A stretch of 64,000 nucleotides of DNA from the NCBI GenBank assembly GCA_016748015.1, contig JAAOMT010000009.1:390459-454458 (forward strand), in the 5' to 3' direction. Under the pieces are notes generated by a model, which did not search any database, was not told where the DNA came from, and saw only the letters and a list, made by a program, of their open reading frames with translations. Positions 24,913-39,183 of the stretch are shown in pieces; positions within the stretch are counted from its first letter, which is position 1; each line of letters begins with the position of its first letter. This stretch comes from Geosiphon pyriformis uo1. Its lineage: Eukaryota; Fungi; Glomeromycota. The position numbers and the translations under genes were made by a program.

Positions 24913-26193
24913 ATGGGTGTTTCAGGATCGACTCCGGATAAAGTTTATCAGAATACTCAATATTTAACAATAGGTATTTATCAAGTCAAGCTTTGCGATG
25001 AAAACATATCTTGTTTGATGTTTGATAGTACAAGTGCAAATTGTTTCCGGCATTTTTTTTTCATAGTAAATGAAAAAGAAATAGAGCGACTGCAAATAGA
25101 GGATCATATGCTGAGAGCATTATGGCAAACAAATTTTTCGAGTCCCATAATCGAAATCTTGGAAAATGGAGCAGAAGTACTGGAAGTTGGTAAGTGTGGT
25201 GTAATAAAATTTTTATCAGAAAATTTCTCTGGGAATCCACTCACAGAAACAATATTTATTACAGGTTGTGCATCAGGAACCTGGTATCTGAATATTCTAA
25301 CTTGAAGCTTTCTACAATGTTCCAAAAGATAAACCTGTCAAGGTTAACTTTTTTTTGATAAATATTTGTTCATAGGTTATGTGACATGGCAACAGATTTC
25401 CCAAAAACAAAATTTATCGGACTAGACACTATCAACGGATTTTCTTCGATTAAACCTTTTAATGTGACCTTTTTCCAAAATCAGCAAAAGGGATTACCGT
25501 TTCCAGGTACTTACAACAACATTACTATTCTCATGAATGAATATATTTTGATTTATAAAATACAGCCAATTCTATGTGAAGCTCATATGAACATTATATC
25601 TCATTTTAAAACTTTATCAGATTCAAGCTTCTCTTTTGTAAGGATATCCCGTCTCATGATCATCCTCGGATCAGGAATATGCGATATTAATGAATTGGTG
25701 AGAGTTTTAAAACCTAATGGATGGTTAGAAATAAGTGATTACGAACCTTTTATACATAATTCTGGCCCGCAAACCACTCGTATACTGAATAAATGTATGT
25801 GTATTGATATTGTATATTTCATATTTAAATATATATCAATTTCTTCATCAATTTCTTACCTATCTTCTTCCATTAATTTTCGTCAAAGTTTTATCAAACA
25901 TGAAAGCCCGCAATTTCGACCTTAAAATCTACGAAACCTTAGCATCAAAGATGGAAAATACAGGAAAACTCATCAAAATACAACATAGTAATCGAATAAT
26001 TTCTCTGAATAGAAAGGCAGGCCTAATTGCTACTTCTGGTGCCATCACTATTCTTCAATGGCTCGTTAACTATTCAGTCGAAAATCTGGGTAAATCAAAG
26101 AAAAATTATTTTGAGACGTTATGCGCTGAAACAGAGTTACATAATTCATATGTAAGGAACTATCGATTCTATGCCCAGAAAAGGCAAAATTGA
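24913..26193 (+). CDS. Class I SAM-dependent methyltransferase (LaeA/TAM-like fungal family, multi-exon)
   Basis: EKEIERLQIEDHM..WQTNFSSPI, VLEVG|CASGTW|LCDMATDFP (19-nt micro-exon 25265-25283), FIGLD, GLPFP|DSSFSFV and ELVRVLKPNGWLEI. Confidence 0.88.
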
Positions 26194-26838
26194 ACTATTT
26201 TTTCTTTTCAAATTTCAAAGAAAGATTAAGCTTTATGTTTTTAATTTCGAATTTCTTTTTTAATCGTTAATCGGCAAAAAAAAACAAACCATTTACGATA
26301 TTTAAGTCAACAAATAAAAATTTATCTAGGTGCACTTTTCTAATAATAAATTTACGATTTCAAATAACTTTTTATATTCTTTATTGCTCTTTTCATAGCT
26401 TGTGGAAAAATAACTTTAGCGTTTATTGAAAATTTTTATTCTAATTTTAAAAAATGCGTTTCAATAATCTAAAGAAAGAAAAAGAAATTCGTCTTGTTTT
26501 TTTTTATATTATTAATATTTAGGTTCAAATATTGTTAATTGACTGGAGGGTAATTTAGAAAATAAGCCGAGCAACCAATTACGTTTTGTTTCATGTGACT
26601 TTTTTTTTTGAATTCAAATCTGATATTAACTAGCAATTTTTAAGATCCCTCTCTAAATTTTCCCTCATTTTTCATCCAATTTACAACCTTATAGGTGGTA
26701 TTGAATTTTCTGAGTAACATTATAGGTACTTTTTCATGGTACGTGTATTAGGTGTTTAAAATTTGGTCAATAAATTTAATTGGCTCACTTTTGGTACAAC
26801 TTGATAAGAAGTACGTGCGTTCTTTATGCCCGGCTATT

Positions 26839-27400
26839 TACAGTATGGGACAAACCTTTTTTTTTTTTGTTCGAAAAAATATGGGCACCACATAAAGACT
26901 TCTAGTTTGGGTGTCTGATTATTACAATTTTTTACAAAAACTAATGTAAAATTCCGCGAAAGAAACACAACGTCAAAACTATTTTATATTTGTGGAACGA
27001 AGGTATGCGAGATGCAAAAGATTTACGGATGCAAAAGAATTACGGACGTGAACAAAAACATCCCCCTCTCTACAATACATTATAACCTCGAAAAAAAAAA
27101 AGGAACAGTGAAACATATCCATGCTGGAGAGCAACCAAGAAAGATTAAAGAAAACGTTTCGCGAGCGTTGGGACAATACATTAGTCGGGATTCTTCTATT
27201 TTGACGAGAATTTTGACAACGTTGTCGAAAACGGGCATAAAAGTATCCTATAGAACAATTGGAAGGCATTCAATTCTTTTAAATTTCCATAAAGAAAAGC
27301 GCGTAATTTGAACGACCATTGGAATCAGACTATTTTTACTGATAAAACAGCTTTTTGTCTATTGAGAAACACGGTAGAACGCTTGTATAGAAATTTTATC
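26839..27400 (+). mobile_element. Truncated Tc1/mariner element (left end and N-terminal transposase relic)
   Basis: TA|CAGTATGGGAC end. Fragments ILYLWNEGMRDAK, NIPLSTIHYNL, SRALGQYI, VSYRTIGRH and DHWNQTIFTDKTAFCLLRNTVER, with frameshifts. Confidence 0.8.
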
Positions 27401-27627
27401 TACTCAATTCAGATTTATACGGAAATTACTTGATTTAATTATTAAATGAGCTATTTTTTGTGACAAAGAACCTAATTTCATTTAAAAAAAGTCACGGTCC
27501 CAACCTTATAACCCAAATTTAGTTTTTTCCAAATATAATTTATTATTAATACTAGACGAGGCAAGTATCTAATAAAAGAACAAATGAGGTCAGTCTATAT
27601 GAAAAGTTACTAATATTTTTACTCGAC

Positions 27628-30453
27628 TTATGTGCTTGGAACAGTGGAATCAGAGGGAACGGGGGGAATAGAAGTAACAGATGGAATAGAGTGAGCTGTA
27701 AAAAAAGGCAAGATATGAATAGGAAATCTTATTAATTCATAAATTAAAAGAATTTTAAATTTTCAAAATAATGCTAGCAATTATTAAATAAAAACTTACG
27801 GTCGAACTTTTCAAGATTTCCTGAATTTCCCAAAATTATAGTTTGCAGAATTTTTTGTGAAACGGCGGGTTGATCGGAATGAAGGAAATGACCAGCATCA
27901 TTGACAAGTACATAGGTAAGATTACGCTCGGTTTGTGACTGGGCGACTTGCTTATGATTCGTATCGAAAATGGGCTGCATTTTGGAATTCTACAAAATAC
28001 CCATTATGAAATTAATAAATTGACTTTTTCTTTTTCGTAAATTTCAAAAATTTCAACACAATATTACCTCAAAGCCGGATTTGCCACCCCAAGTCATATT
28101 TCCAATTGCCCATTCTACACCAATATGATTGATAGCTGCATCTTTATCACCACTTTTAATTTTGGATTACAAAAGGAAATTAGTTTGAAAAGGAAAAAAG
28201 GCCTCTTTTCATGATATAATACTTGGGTAGGGATACTCACTTCCAAATAACGACTTTGATGAACTTGGTCAACTCTGGAATCAAATTGACGGTAACCAAC
28301 GAATTATCAGGCTCTAATATTCCATGAACGCAAGCTTCATATGGTGGTGCTTTATCTGAAGCATGAACTGCAGCGAGGAAATTAGCTTGCTAGAAATTTA
28401 TAAGTCAATTGAACAATATTTTATCAATATAATGATTCAATTTGGTACAATTTCGACCTCCAAACTTGAAAAACTTACACGAGCTAAAAGGATATAATCA
28501 AAGGGTTTTTTGTCGTGAAAGAATTGCGGGGCTGGGTTTTCACAGTTATATCTAATGTCATAAACTGAAAAGCATCTGTTTTAAAAGAAAATGCCATGAG
28601 AAATTGAATGAGTTTCATATTTTCAAAATTTAGGAATTTAAACTTTGGCTCAACATTATTGAAAATGTACTCACTTATTTGACTTTTCTAAAATGGTGGC
28701 AACAGAAGCCATGGAAATATCACATTGCCCTAAACCTTTAAAATATTCAACCCCGGTGGCTTCAGAAGATGACTTATTTCCGTACAAAGGTGAACATTGA
28801 TCAAAATTTTCTTGAAGATTTTTCTATTTAATTATAAAGAGAATACTTTAATGGCTTGTATTGATTTTATCAATTTTAGAAAGAGATTAAAAGATTTTCT
28901 TTCAGACATTACTTGATCTTGTGGTTTTAATAACTTTTGCTCTTTTACGTAAGGGATAGCTGAAGCTGCAGTTTGGCGCCAGTATTGGTCAATGGTTGGG
29001 TCATTGATTGAGATACCTTTCAATTGGAACTAAAAATAGCAAGGATAATTTTCAACTTTTGTCCACTCAAATTACGTAACAATTTCAAAGTCTCCCAATT
29101 ATTTAGGCTGACCTTTTTCTGGTCAAGAATGGCCTTTGCTGCATATGGAACATAAAAGCCAGCGTAACTAAAAAAATTGTTTTTATAAACATTCTAATTA
29201 TTAAATGATCACATGGCCAGAAAATTTTGAAATTTTGATATTACCTTTCACCCGCAAGGTATAGATCTTTCTCGTTCAATTTAGGAAATACTTTAAAGAA
29301 GTTTTCAAGGAAATTTACAATAGCTTCTCCCACCTAATGCCCAAAAATTGAAAAAAAAAACAGTAAAATAAATGACATATTGAATAATTATTGTTTTCAC
29401 GAATAAAAACCATTGTAACTACCTGAGATTCATTTTCAACTTTGGACTGTCCAGGTAAATTTGATAGACCAACACCGAAGGGCTTTTTTAAAGAAAAAAT
29501 CCCAATTTAGGAGCCTGCATTATCACTTGATTTTTTAAATTGACGACAACGATTAAACCACAAACCTGGTCCACTATTAATTTTATCAAAATAAAAATGT
29601 AAATAAAATTCAATCAATATTTTTTCATTAATAAAAATAGTTGAAAAATTGATTGTTTCTTTTTTTTTCTTACCATAGACGATGTGAGCATCCTGATGCC
29701 AACTGTATGGATTATTAGTCAAGGTTTTTTTGACTGAATCGAAAGCTGAGAAAGGTCCATGTCCTATAAACATGCTACCAATCGAGGAACTGGCAAAAAA
29801 GATTTACGTATTAAAAATTGCTTAGAGCATTAGCAATCAAAACCTAAAAAAGAGTCTCATGAAAATGTTATGCATACCATCCTGGGCCTTTTAAAATTGA
29901 AGCCAATAAAAAGTTTAAATTTGGTTAACTTGGCCTGTTACACAACGCTAAAAAACACTAAAAGAAATCCACAACACATTACCTCCAGTGAACCAGAACA
30001 CCTTTAGATCAAGAAAAAAGTCGAGTTTTTTTTTTTTTAAATTTAATTTATAAAATTTAAAGGGTTCATTTTATAACCAAACACTTACCAAATTTTTTGA
30101 AGGGCTTGATGGAACAAAATACCAAAAAAATAATTTATCATTTTCGTTGATACTATTGGCAACTGGCAATAATCCAGCGTAACTCGATAGTGATCCTTCG
30201 TATGTAATATTAGGTAGCTTGTGAACGTCAACCAAAAAGTCATGAGCTATTGAATTGTGAAAAAGTAAAAAATGATTGATATTAGCATATTTTTCTATTC
30301 TCATATATATATATATACATCTCAATATTCTAATTTATGACCTGATGGAAGTTTAGGTGTTGCGCTAACAGGTTCCCCCTTGATTGGATCCTTTGCCGCA
30401 ACGAAGGTGGATAAAGCCAAAGCGCAACTGAATAATTTAAAGATGGTTTTCAT
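27628..30453 (-). CDS. Secreted serine carboxypeptidase, family S10 (many exons, including micro-exons)
   Basis: Signal peptide MKTIFKLFSCALALSTFVAA. Motifs SYAGLL, LFFWY, WFTGGPGCSS, NPYSW, YVDQPFGVGLS, catalytic GESYAG, GDKD and DAGHF. Confidence 0.92.
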
Positions 30454-31798
30454 GATTAAATATCTATGTAATGCTGATGATGATGATGATGGTGATGGTA
30501 TTGGGGATTAGGAGGGGGGGGGAGGGGGTGATGAGGATTATGTTTGAAAGGAAAAAGAAAAAAAGGATTGTATAAGATGACAAGTGTTGAAAAAGAACAA
30601 TATGCTCTATATTATATATAATCTATAATTAAAAATGCAAAAATGTTATTTCACAACCCTGCAGAAAGATGCTAAAAGTAATGCTTTTTTTTTCTCAAAG
30701 AATAATTCTACCTCTATATATTTTAATGGTTGCCCGATTATTTGTTCATTGAAAAATTTTCCAAATGGTAAATCATGTTTTACCAATTTAGTAAAGAAGC
30801 GTGAAAAAAATTATCAAGTTGTACATGTACAATAGTTTTTGAGTAGTGTTAAATTAAGTTTTAGTATTGGAGGAGGGAGGGGGAGGAGATAATTACAAAA
30901 GTGAATATTAAATTCAAAAAGTTTCTTTTTTTGAAATCAAAAGTTACATGAATTAATGAAAGGATATTAAATAAGTAATAAGACGTCATAATAATTTCCC
31001 AAAGTGATTATGATTTTCTATGCTTTTGAGAGAGAGTGTGTGTGTTTTTAGGTTTTCCTTGTATATTTTTTTTTAAAAGGGTCATAAACGATTTCCTTTG
31101 AAAGTTTTTTTTTTGATGGGGAAAATTTGTGATCAATAATAAAATGTTGTCAACCCAACAAATAAGTATACACGGTTGTACATTCATTAAGTATGAATAT
31201 AAAAGCAATATCAAGTTTGTAAAACCGACCCGAGTGTGATGAACGAATGGTAAAGTCATGATTAAATAATATATGCATTTTCTTCTCAAATTAGAATGTG
31301 GGATGAAATATGTTACAAAGTCTTGCATGAAGACCTTATCAAGTGAAACATTATCTTTTATTACCTACAGAATTTTGTATGAATTGATAGCAGGGTGATT
31401 TTTTTGAATATATTTTACATGTATAAAATTTTTCTAAATTTCTAATTTAATTAAGATTGCTCATAGATTAATTCACACAGACAAACACACATTTTAAAAT
31501 GTTATACCTTTGGAACAAAATTAAATATATAAAAATTCTTTATCCTTTGCTCAAATTCTGAAAATTTAGAATCAACTCTTTTAGTTTGAATATTAATTTT
31601 GGATATATTTTTATGAATTAAAAAAAAACATTTGTTTGTGTGAATCAAGAAATATCTTTTAATTTGTGTGAGAGAAAAAAAAAATTTTGAAAAAATTCGA
31701 TTTAATACCACTACTGTATAAAATTTTGATTTTTTAATGTTATTTGAAATATATATATATATATATATATGTATAGCAGGACAGACTCACATTGTCCA

Positions 31799-32788
31799 CT
31801 AATCATCATGGTAACCCCTGAAAATTCTTAAAATTTCTGACCCTGAGCAAATTTTTGATCGTCTATATAATTTTATGGCCTCATGAACATCTTTCTTTGT
31901 ACCAGTCCCATATTCATGTAGTATCCCTAAATATCTTTCGGCTTTTAAATTTTCTTTTTTCGCCGCTTTATTAAGCCAATAAAATGCTTTTATCCGATTC
32001 TTTTCGGTTCCCTTTCCTTGGCCATAAGACATTCCGAGAAAGAAGTATGCATCATCATTTTTACCATTGACAGCTTTTAAATGCCATTCGAAAGCTTTCA
32101 TATAATCTTCTTTCATAAGAGCATAAAACCTGGCAAGAGCTAGTTGCCCGTCATGATTTCCAGCTGTTGCGGATTTTCTAAACCAATAAAAAGATTTCTT
32201 TTGACTCTTTTTCGTACCAATGCCATGTAGATGACAAAATGCTAACCAATGTTGTGCATTGCTGTTTCCCCCTTGGGCAGCTTTCTCTAACCAATAGCAT
32301 GCGTAACCAACAGATTCGATTATGATGAATGGCTCAAAGTAGCAATGTGCTAGCCATGATTGTGCGTTTGGATTACCAAGTTGAGATGGTAAGTCAAGCC
32401 ATCGAATAGCCTCTGTAACATTTTCAAATGTTCCACGACCCAAACGATAGCATCTGCCTACAAAAGCTTTACCATATAAATTACCATTTTCAGCTGTATC
32501 GAGATAGATCTTGAACGCGGTTTCGAGATTTTTTCTGGTTCCAATCCCATTTTCGTAAAGAAAGCCCAAGAGAACAGAGCTGAATGAATTTTCTGGGGAT
32601 CTAAGTCGAGTTATATGAAAAAAGAGTTGAGCATTTTCAAGATTTTCTCCTAGGTAATGCCAAAGTTGATTACAGAGGGATTCTGTATTTTTCCCTTGAT
32701 CCAACATTTCGAAAAAATGACGTGTAATTACGTCTTGGTCACATGGCAATCCTAGGATGGATTTAGTTTTCATTGAAAGTTCCTCCAT
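31799..32788 (-). CDS. Sel1-like repeat protein (intronless)
   Basis: Repeated AQxxLxxCYxxGxGTxKNxxKAFxWxxKAA units. First in-frame ATG at 32788. Confidence 0.92.
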   Translation of the reverse strand: MEELSMKTKSILGLPCDQDVITRHFFEMLDQGKNTESLCNQLWHYLGENLENAQLFFHITRLRSPENSFSSVLLGFLYENGIGTRKNLETAFKIYLDTAENGNLYGKAFVGRCYRLGRGTFENVTEAIRWLDLPSQLGNPNAQSWLAHCYFEPFIIIESVGYACYWLEKAAQGGNSNAQHWLAFCHLHGIGTKKSQKKSFYWFRKSATAGNHDGQLALARFYALMKEDYMKAFEWHLKAVNGKNDDAYFFLGMSYGQGKGTEKNRIKAFYWLNKAAKKENLKAERYLGILHEYGTGTKKDVHEAIKLYRRSKICSGSEILRIFRGYHDD

Positions 32789-33278
32789 GTTAAATTTAAT
32801 CAAGTCTGATCGGAATTCTTGCTTTTTGATTACAGTAAAAAGAAATCGATTTCTGACGAATCGTATGAAATTCTATGAAATCCTTAAATTTCTAGTCTAA
32901 AGGAAAACCCTGCAGCAACTTTTTTATATAACTCTGGGTTTTCTGCATATGATGAAGAATATTGATATTTTCAAAATTTTGATGTGATCCTGAAAAAAAA
33001 AACCCATTGATATCTCATGAAGTTATCATCATGATTCCCTTCATTTCATTCCATTCCATAAAATGATTTAAAAAACATGAATTTTTTCAAAATTAGTATA
33101 AACTACCGAATCGAACAACATTTCATAAAAAAAAAAAGGATTTAAAATAAGTTTTATATCTTGATTCAGATGTTCAAATAGTTGACAAAAAAGTGTTGAA
33201 TTCATATTTGTTTCATATATAAAATCTATTGAATAATGCTGAAATATTGTTTTAGAAATTGATGAATTGAATCAAACT

Positions 33279-33362
33279 ATTTATTTATTTTATTTTATTT
33301 TATTTTATTTTATTTTTATTTTATTTTATTTTATTTTATTAATTCTTTTCTTTTCTTTTCTT
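33279..33362 (+). repeat. (TTTTA)n/(TTTTC)n microsatellite
   Basis: Directly visible. Confidence 0.85.
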
Positions 33363-34532
33363 AAAATTCTCATCTTTACAATAATTTTTTATTATCCTTT
33401 TTATTCAATTTTTACATCCATTCTATAATCAGTCTTGCAAATTTCATTATCAAAACAAAAGTTTTATATTAAAAAAGAAATTTTTTTTTTAATTTCCATG
33501 AAAATCCGAAATCAAACGAACTTTTTGAAACATTAAACTGTACTTTTTTTAATTAATTTTACTTTTAAAAAGAAATTCATTTTATTTGGAGAATTTTTAA
33601 TATTTTTTTTTTTTTTTAAAAGTGTCTGAATATTTGAAATTCTTTTATTCTTTGATCTTTTATTGTTTATAACAAGAGAATCTTATAATATCAATTTTTT
33701 TATCTTCGTTATTATGTCCCTAAAAATATATATATAATTCAAAGAAAATAATCTTTATAAAGTTTTATAATAAATTTATTTTTTAAAAAAATAAAATAAA
33801 ATAAATAAATGAGGCTTCTCAATTTATATTTCACATTTTTGTAATTAAACAATGCTTCATATTTTTTTTTGTAAATAAATTTTTTATAAGTTTATTTTTA
33901 ATACAGATACACACACATATATATCACTTCCAAAGATGAAAATAAAAAAAAATTTTTTTTTTTTTCAATCAGAATATTGTAATTCTTATCATCATTTTAT
34001 AAATTAAAAAATAATTTGATTAAGCATCATTTAAAATCTGGAGAAAAATAATCAAATTTGATAATAGTGAATGAACACATATAAAATTTCAAAGTTTGTT
34101 AAACAATTTAATAAAAGTTCAAATAAAAATTTTGAATTTAATATATAAAATAAAAAATTAAAACCTTGACCAATTTAAAAAATAAAAATTTAGAAGAATG
34201 AAAAAAACTTTTTTTTAAAAAATAAGTGTCCTAATATTTTACATTATAACTATTAGAATATTTGTATTTTGAGACTTTCTCAACCTCAAAAGTAATAAAT
34301 TGTGATAAAATTACATGTTTTGATTATGATTATTTTACTATCAAAATAGCTCAAGATTTTAATCAATTTGATCTGAAAGTTATATAATTATTTGAAAAAG
34401 AGATAACAGAAAGAAAGAATACATGTACAAGAAAAAATGAATACTTTATCGATGATCTGCCAAACCAGGTTTTTTCAAAAAAATATAATTACAAAATTTT
34501 GGATTTTCTTAATTCTGAATTCATAGTTCACT

Positions 34533-34799
34533 TTAAAAATCTCCATCAATCCCATCCAATAATCCCGCAGAAACTAAAGCACGATAAATAACACGAGTTT
34601 CTTCTAAAATTCGACGTGACTCCTCATCAGGTTCTACCCCACTGTTCACATTAATCACTTCATCATATTTTGGGGGATTGTTTGTTACAGTTTCATTGTA
34701 GCTTGGTGGTGGTGCTACATCCGAAGACGAATATTCAGTACAATCATTACCAAATTCTGCATCTTCTATCATGTTCACTATTGTATTTGTTAATAGTTC

Positions 34800-34834
<35 letters not shown>

Positions 34835-35018
34835 CTTCTTCAAGTAATGGTTGAGTGACTGTTTGATCATTGCTCAAGTTAACGATCGTGGTAGTTGATT
34901 CAGATTGAGAAATTTTCGTAAATAATTGTTTATGCGCATAAAAAAGAATTCTTGAAATCGCAGAAGAAAAATAAAATAATAAAATGGCTGCAAAGAAAAC
35001 TGAATAACCTGCTAACAT
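34533..35018 (-). CDS. Small single-pass membrane protein with polyQ and two PPxY motifs
   Basis: N-terminal hydrophobic helix, a glutamine run, APPPSYNE and NPPKYDEV. Confidence 0.75.
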
Positions 35019-35464
35019 TTTAAAACTTTCTTTTAAAGTTTCTTATTGATATCTATTATTGAAAGTTTTCAAGAGTAGTTGATTGAATATAGAAACTTTT
35101 TTAGTGTTTATAAGGGAAAGAAAAAATTTTAAAAATTCTTCCGTTCTATGAATCTCTTCAAATTATATGTGTTTCTTAAAAAAAGAATTATAAGGAAATG
35201 GACTGTCACCATAAAGAAAGTTGTAAAATGGAGAAATATGTATTAAAAGAGTGAAAAGAGAAGAACATTAAAATCTTAAAAAATAGTCAAAAATATCAAA
35301 AAAAATCAATAAAAAAAAAACACCTTTACTCTTTTCGTTTTATAGTTAAAATGATTGTGATTGTGATAATGTTACCAATTTTAAAACAATATTATATAAT
35401 CGTCGATCGTAAAACGCCGTGAAAATGAAATCATACGATAAATGATGATATGGCTTTTTCTTTT

Positions 35465-35518
<54 letters not shown>

Positions 35519-35554
35519 TTTTTTTTTTTTTTTTTGTTTTTTTCTTTTTTTTTT

Positions 35555-35602
<48 letters not shown>

Positions 35603-35628
35603 TTTTTTTTTTTTTTTTTTTTTTTTTT

Positions 35629-36065
35629 NNNNNNNNNNNNNNNNNNNNNNNNNNNNNNNNNNNNNNNNNNNNNNNNNNNNNNNNNNNNNNNNNNNNNNNN
35701 NNNNNNNNNNNNNNNNNNNNNNNNNNNNNNNNNNNNNNNNNNNNNNNNNNNNNNNNNNNNNNNNNNNNNNNNNNNNNNNNNNNNNNNNNNNNNNNNNNNN
35801 NNNNNNNNNNNNNNNNNNNNNNNNNNNNNNNNNNNNNNNNNNNNNNNNNNNNNNNNNNNNNNNNNNNNNNNNNNNNNNNNNNNNNNNNNNNNNNNNNNNN
35901 NNNNNNNNNNNNNNNNNNNNNNNNNNNNNNNNNNNNNNNNNNNNNNNNNNNNNNNNNNNNNNNNNNNNNNNNNNNNNNNNNNNNNNNNNNNNNNNNNNNN
36001 NNNNNNNNNNNNNNNNNNNNNNNNNNNNNNNNNNNNNNNNNNNNNNNNNNNNNNNNNNNNNNNNN
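35629..36065. other. Assembly gap flanked by low-quality poly-T and poly-C
   Basis: Run of N. Confidence 0.99.
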
Positions 36066-36625
36066 CCCCCCCCCCCCCCCCAAAAAAAAAAAAATGGTGA
36101 TAAACACTTGTGGCGATGTTCGATTAAAAAATCCCCGCGCCCATTCAAACTCCAAAAATCTTGAATCTTTTAAAATTTTGTTTAAAATGAACATACCACA
36201 GTCAACATTATTCAGCAAAGCCGACTTTTCATATCAACGTCTCAAATATTATCGCCTCACTAAGATTAGCTTGTTTCATTAGATAATAAACCAACATCAT
36301 GTTGAACTGATAAATCATTTTTTATTTCGCAAAAAAATTTTATTAATTTTAAAATGCTATAATTCTTTCATTAATATACTATACCTTGAAAAAAAAAAAA
36401 AAATTGGCCTTTATAAAATTATGATAACGTTATGCGTGTGTTGAATATACAAATTTTGATTTTATACAGAATGGAAATGTGAGAAAAAGGTCTGAATAAA
36501 ACTTGCAAGGAGAAATTAATTTACAAAAACTCTTTCAACTTCTTGTGCAATATTTTTTTGACCCTTTCACATTATGACTGACCCTCCCTCCTCATCCTCC
36601 TTCCAATGTAAAAATTAGCCTTCTA

Positions 36626-38093
<1,468 letters not shown>

Positions 38094-38148
38094 AATTTTA
38101 AAAAAAAATTACAAATAGAAGGGGGACAATGAAGCTTTATCATTACAC

Positions 38149-38182
<34 letters not shown>

Positions 38183-39004
38183 ACTTGTGGTCCCACCTCC
38201 GTTCCTGTTTCGTCTCTGTGCGGTAATACAGGTTGACAATTTGCAGTTGAAAATCTAGCCGTCAGACAATACTTACTTTGAATCAAATGAAAGATCAACT
38301 CCAATCTTTTTTTTGATCTTACTGTGAAACTCAAAATTAACGATTTAACGAACGACTCCAATTTAAGGAGCGCCTGTGTTGGATGCGGCTTAAGCAGGCT
38401 TTGTGTTGGTTTTATAGGCCCAAATTAATCCCTTTAGAACCTGTTTCTTGAATCAGTTTTATTGCACTAAAAAAGTTAAATCTTATCCATTTCTATTGTA
38501 TAGACAATGAAGCGAAAAATTACGCGGCAGGGCAATTATAAAGTTTTCCTAATTAGTGTCAAGATCAAGATCTCTTAAAATTCAACTTTCAAAATTTTGT
38601 CCAACTCTTTTAAGTTAAAGAATCGCCTAGCATTTAATTTAATATTTGTCACTTTGGTGACTCCAAAGAATTTCTAAAATCAACTGATACTGATACTGAT
38701 ACTGATCCCACAATTTTTCCATACCTTCTGGCTTAACTCATCAATTCCCATTCTTATAGAATTTCATGTCAATCATTCATAAACTAGAATTCTGCCTGAA
38801 CGTGCTTACATACAAATTTCGAAAATTTTGTATTCGATGAACCTTCAGTCCTGGTGATCTAGTTAGATAAAAACATGGATAAATATTTGAGAATGCCCAT
38901 TTTCCTATTTATGCGTTAGTCTTTGGGCGGTTGTTTTATCCAACAGTTTTCTCGATTATGAGGGAGAAAATGAAAATCGATTGGAAACTTTGAACCTGAG
39001 AATT

Positions 39005-39077
39005 TGTAAAAAAAAGTTTATGTAAAAAAAGTTTATGTAAAAAAAAGTTCATGTATAAAAAAGTTCATTTATAAAAA
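39005..39077 (+). repeat. ~15-16-bp tandem repeat TGTAAAAAAAGTT(T/C)A, ~5 copies
   Basis: Directly visible. Confidence 0.8.
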
Positions 39078-39132
39078 CTAAGCGTTTATTGCCTTTTGCT
39101 ATTATTTAGCCTTCTTGATTTCAAAAGCTTGC

Positions 39133-39181
<49 letters not shown>
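39133..39181 (+). repeat. (AAT)n microsatellite
   Basis: Directly visible. Confidence 0.9.

Positions 39182-39183
<2 letters not shown>

Noticed and set aside
26560-26840. Possible MITE with AGCCG(A/G)GCA ends
   Set aside because: The inverted match is too short to support by eye.
35346-36218. Long poly-K/poly-F ORFs
   Set aside because: Artefacts of homopolymer runs and the N gap.
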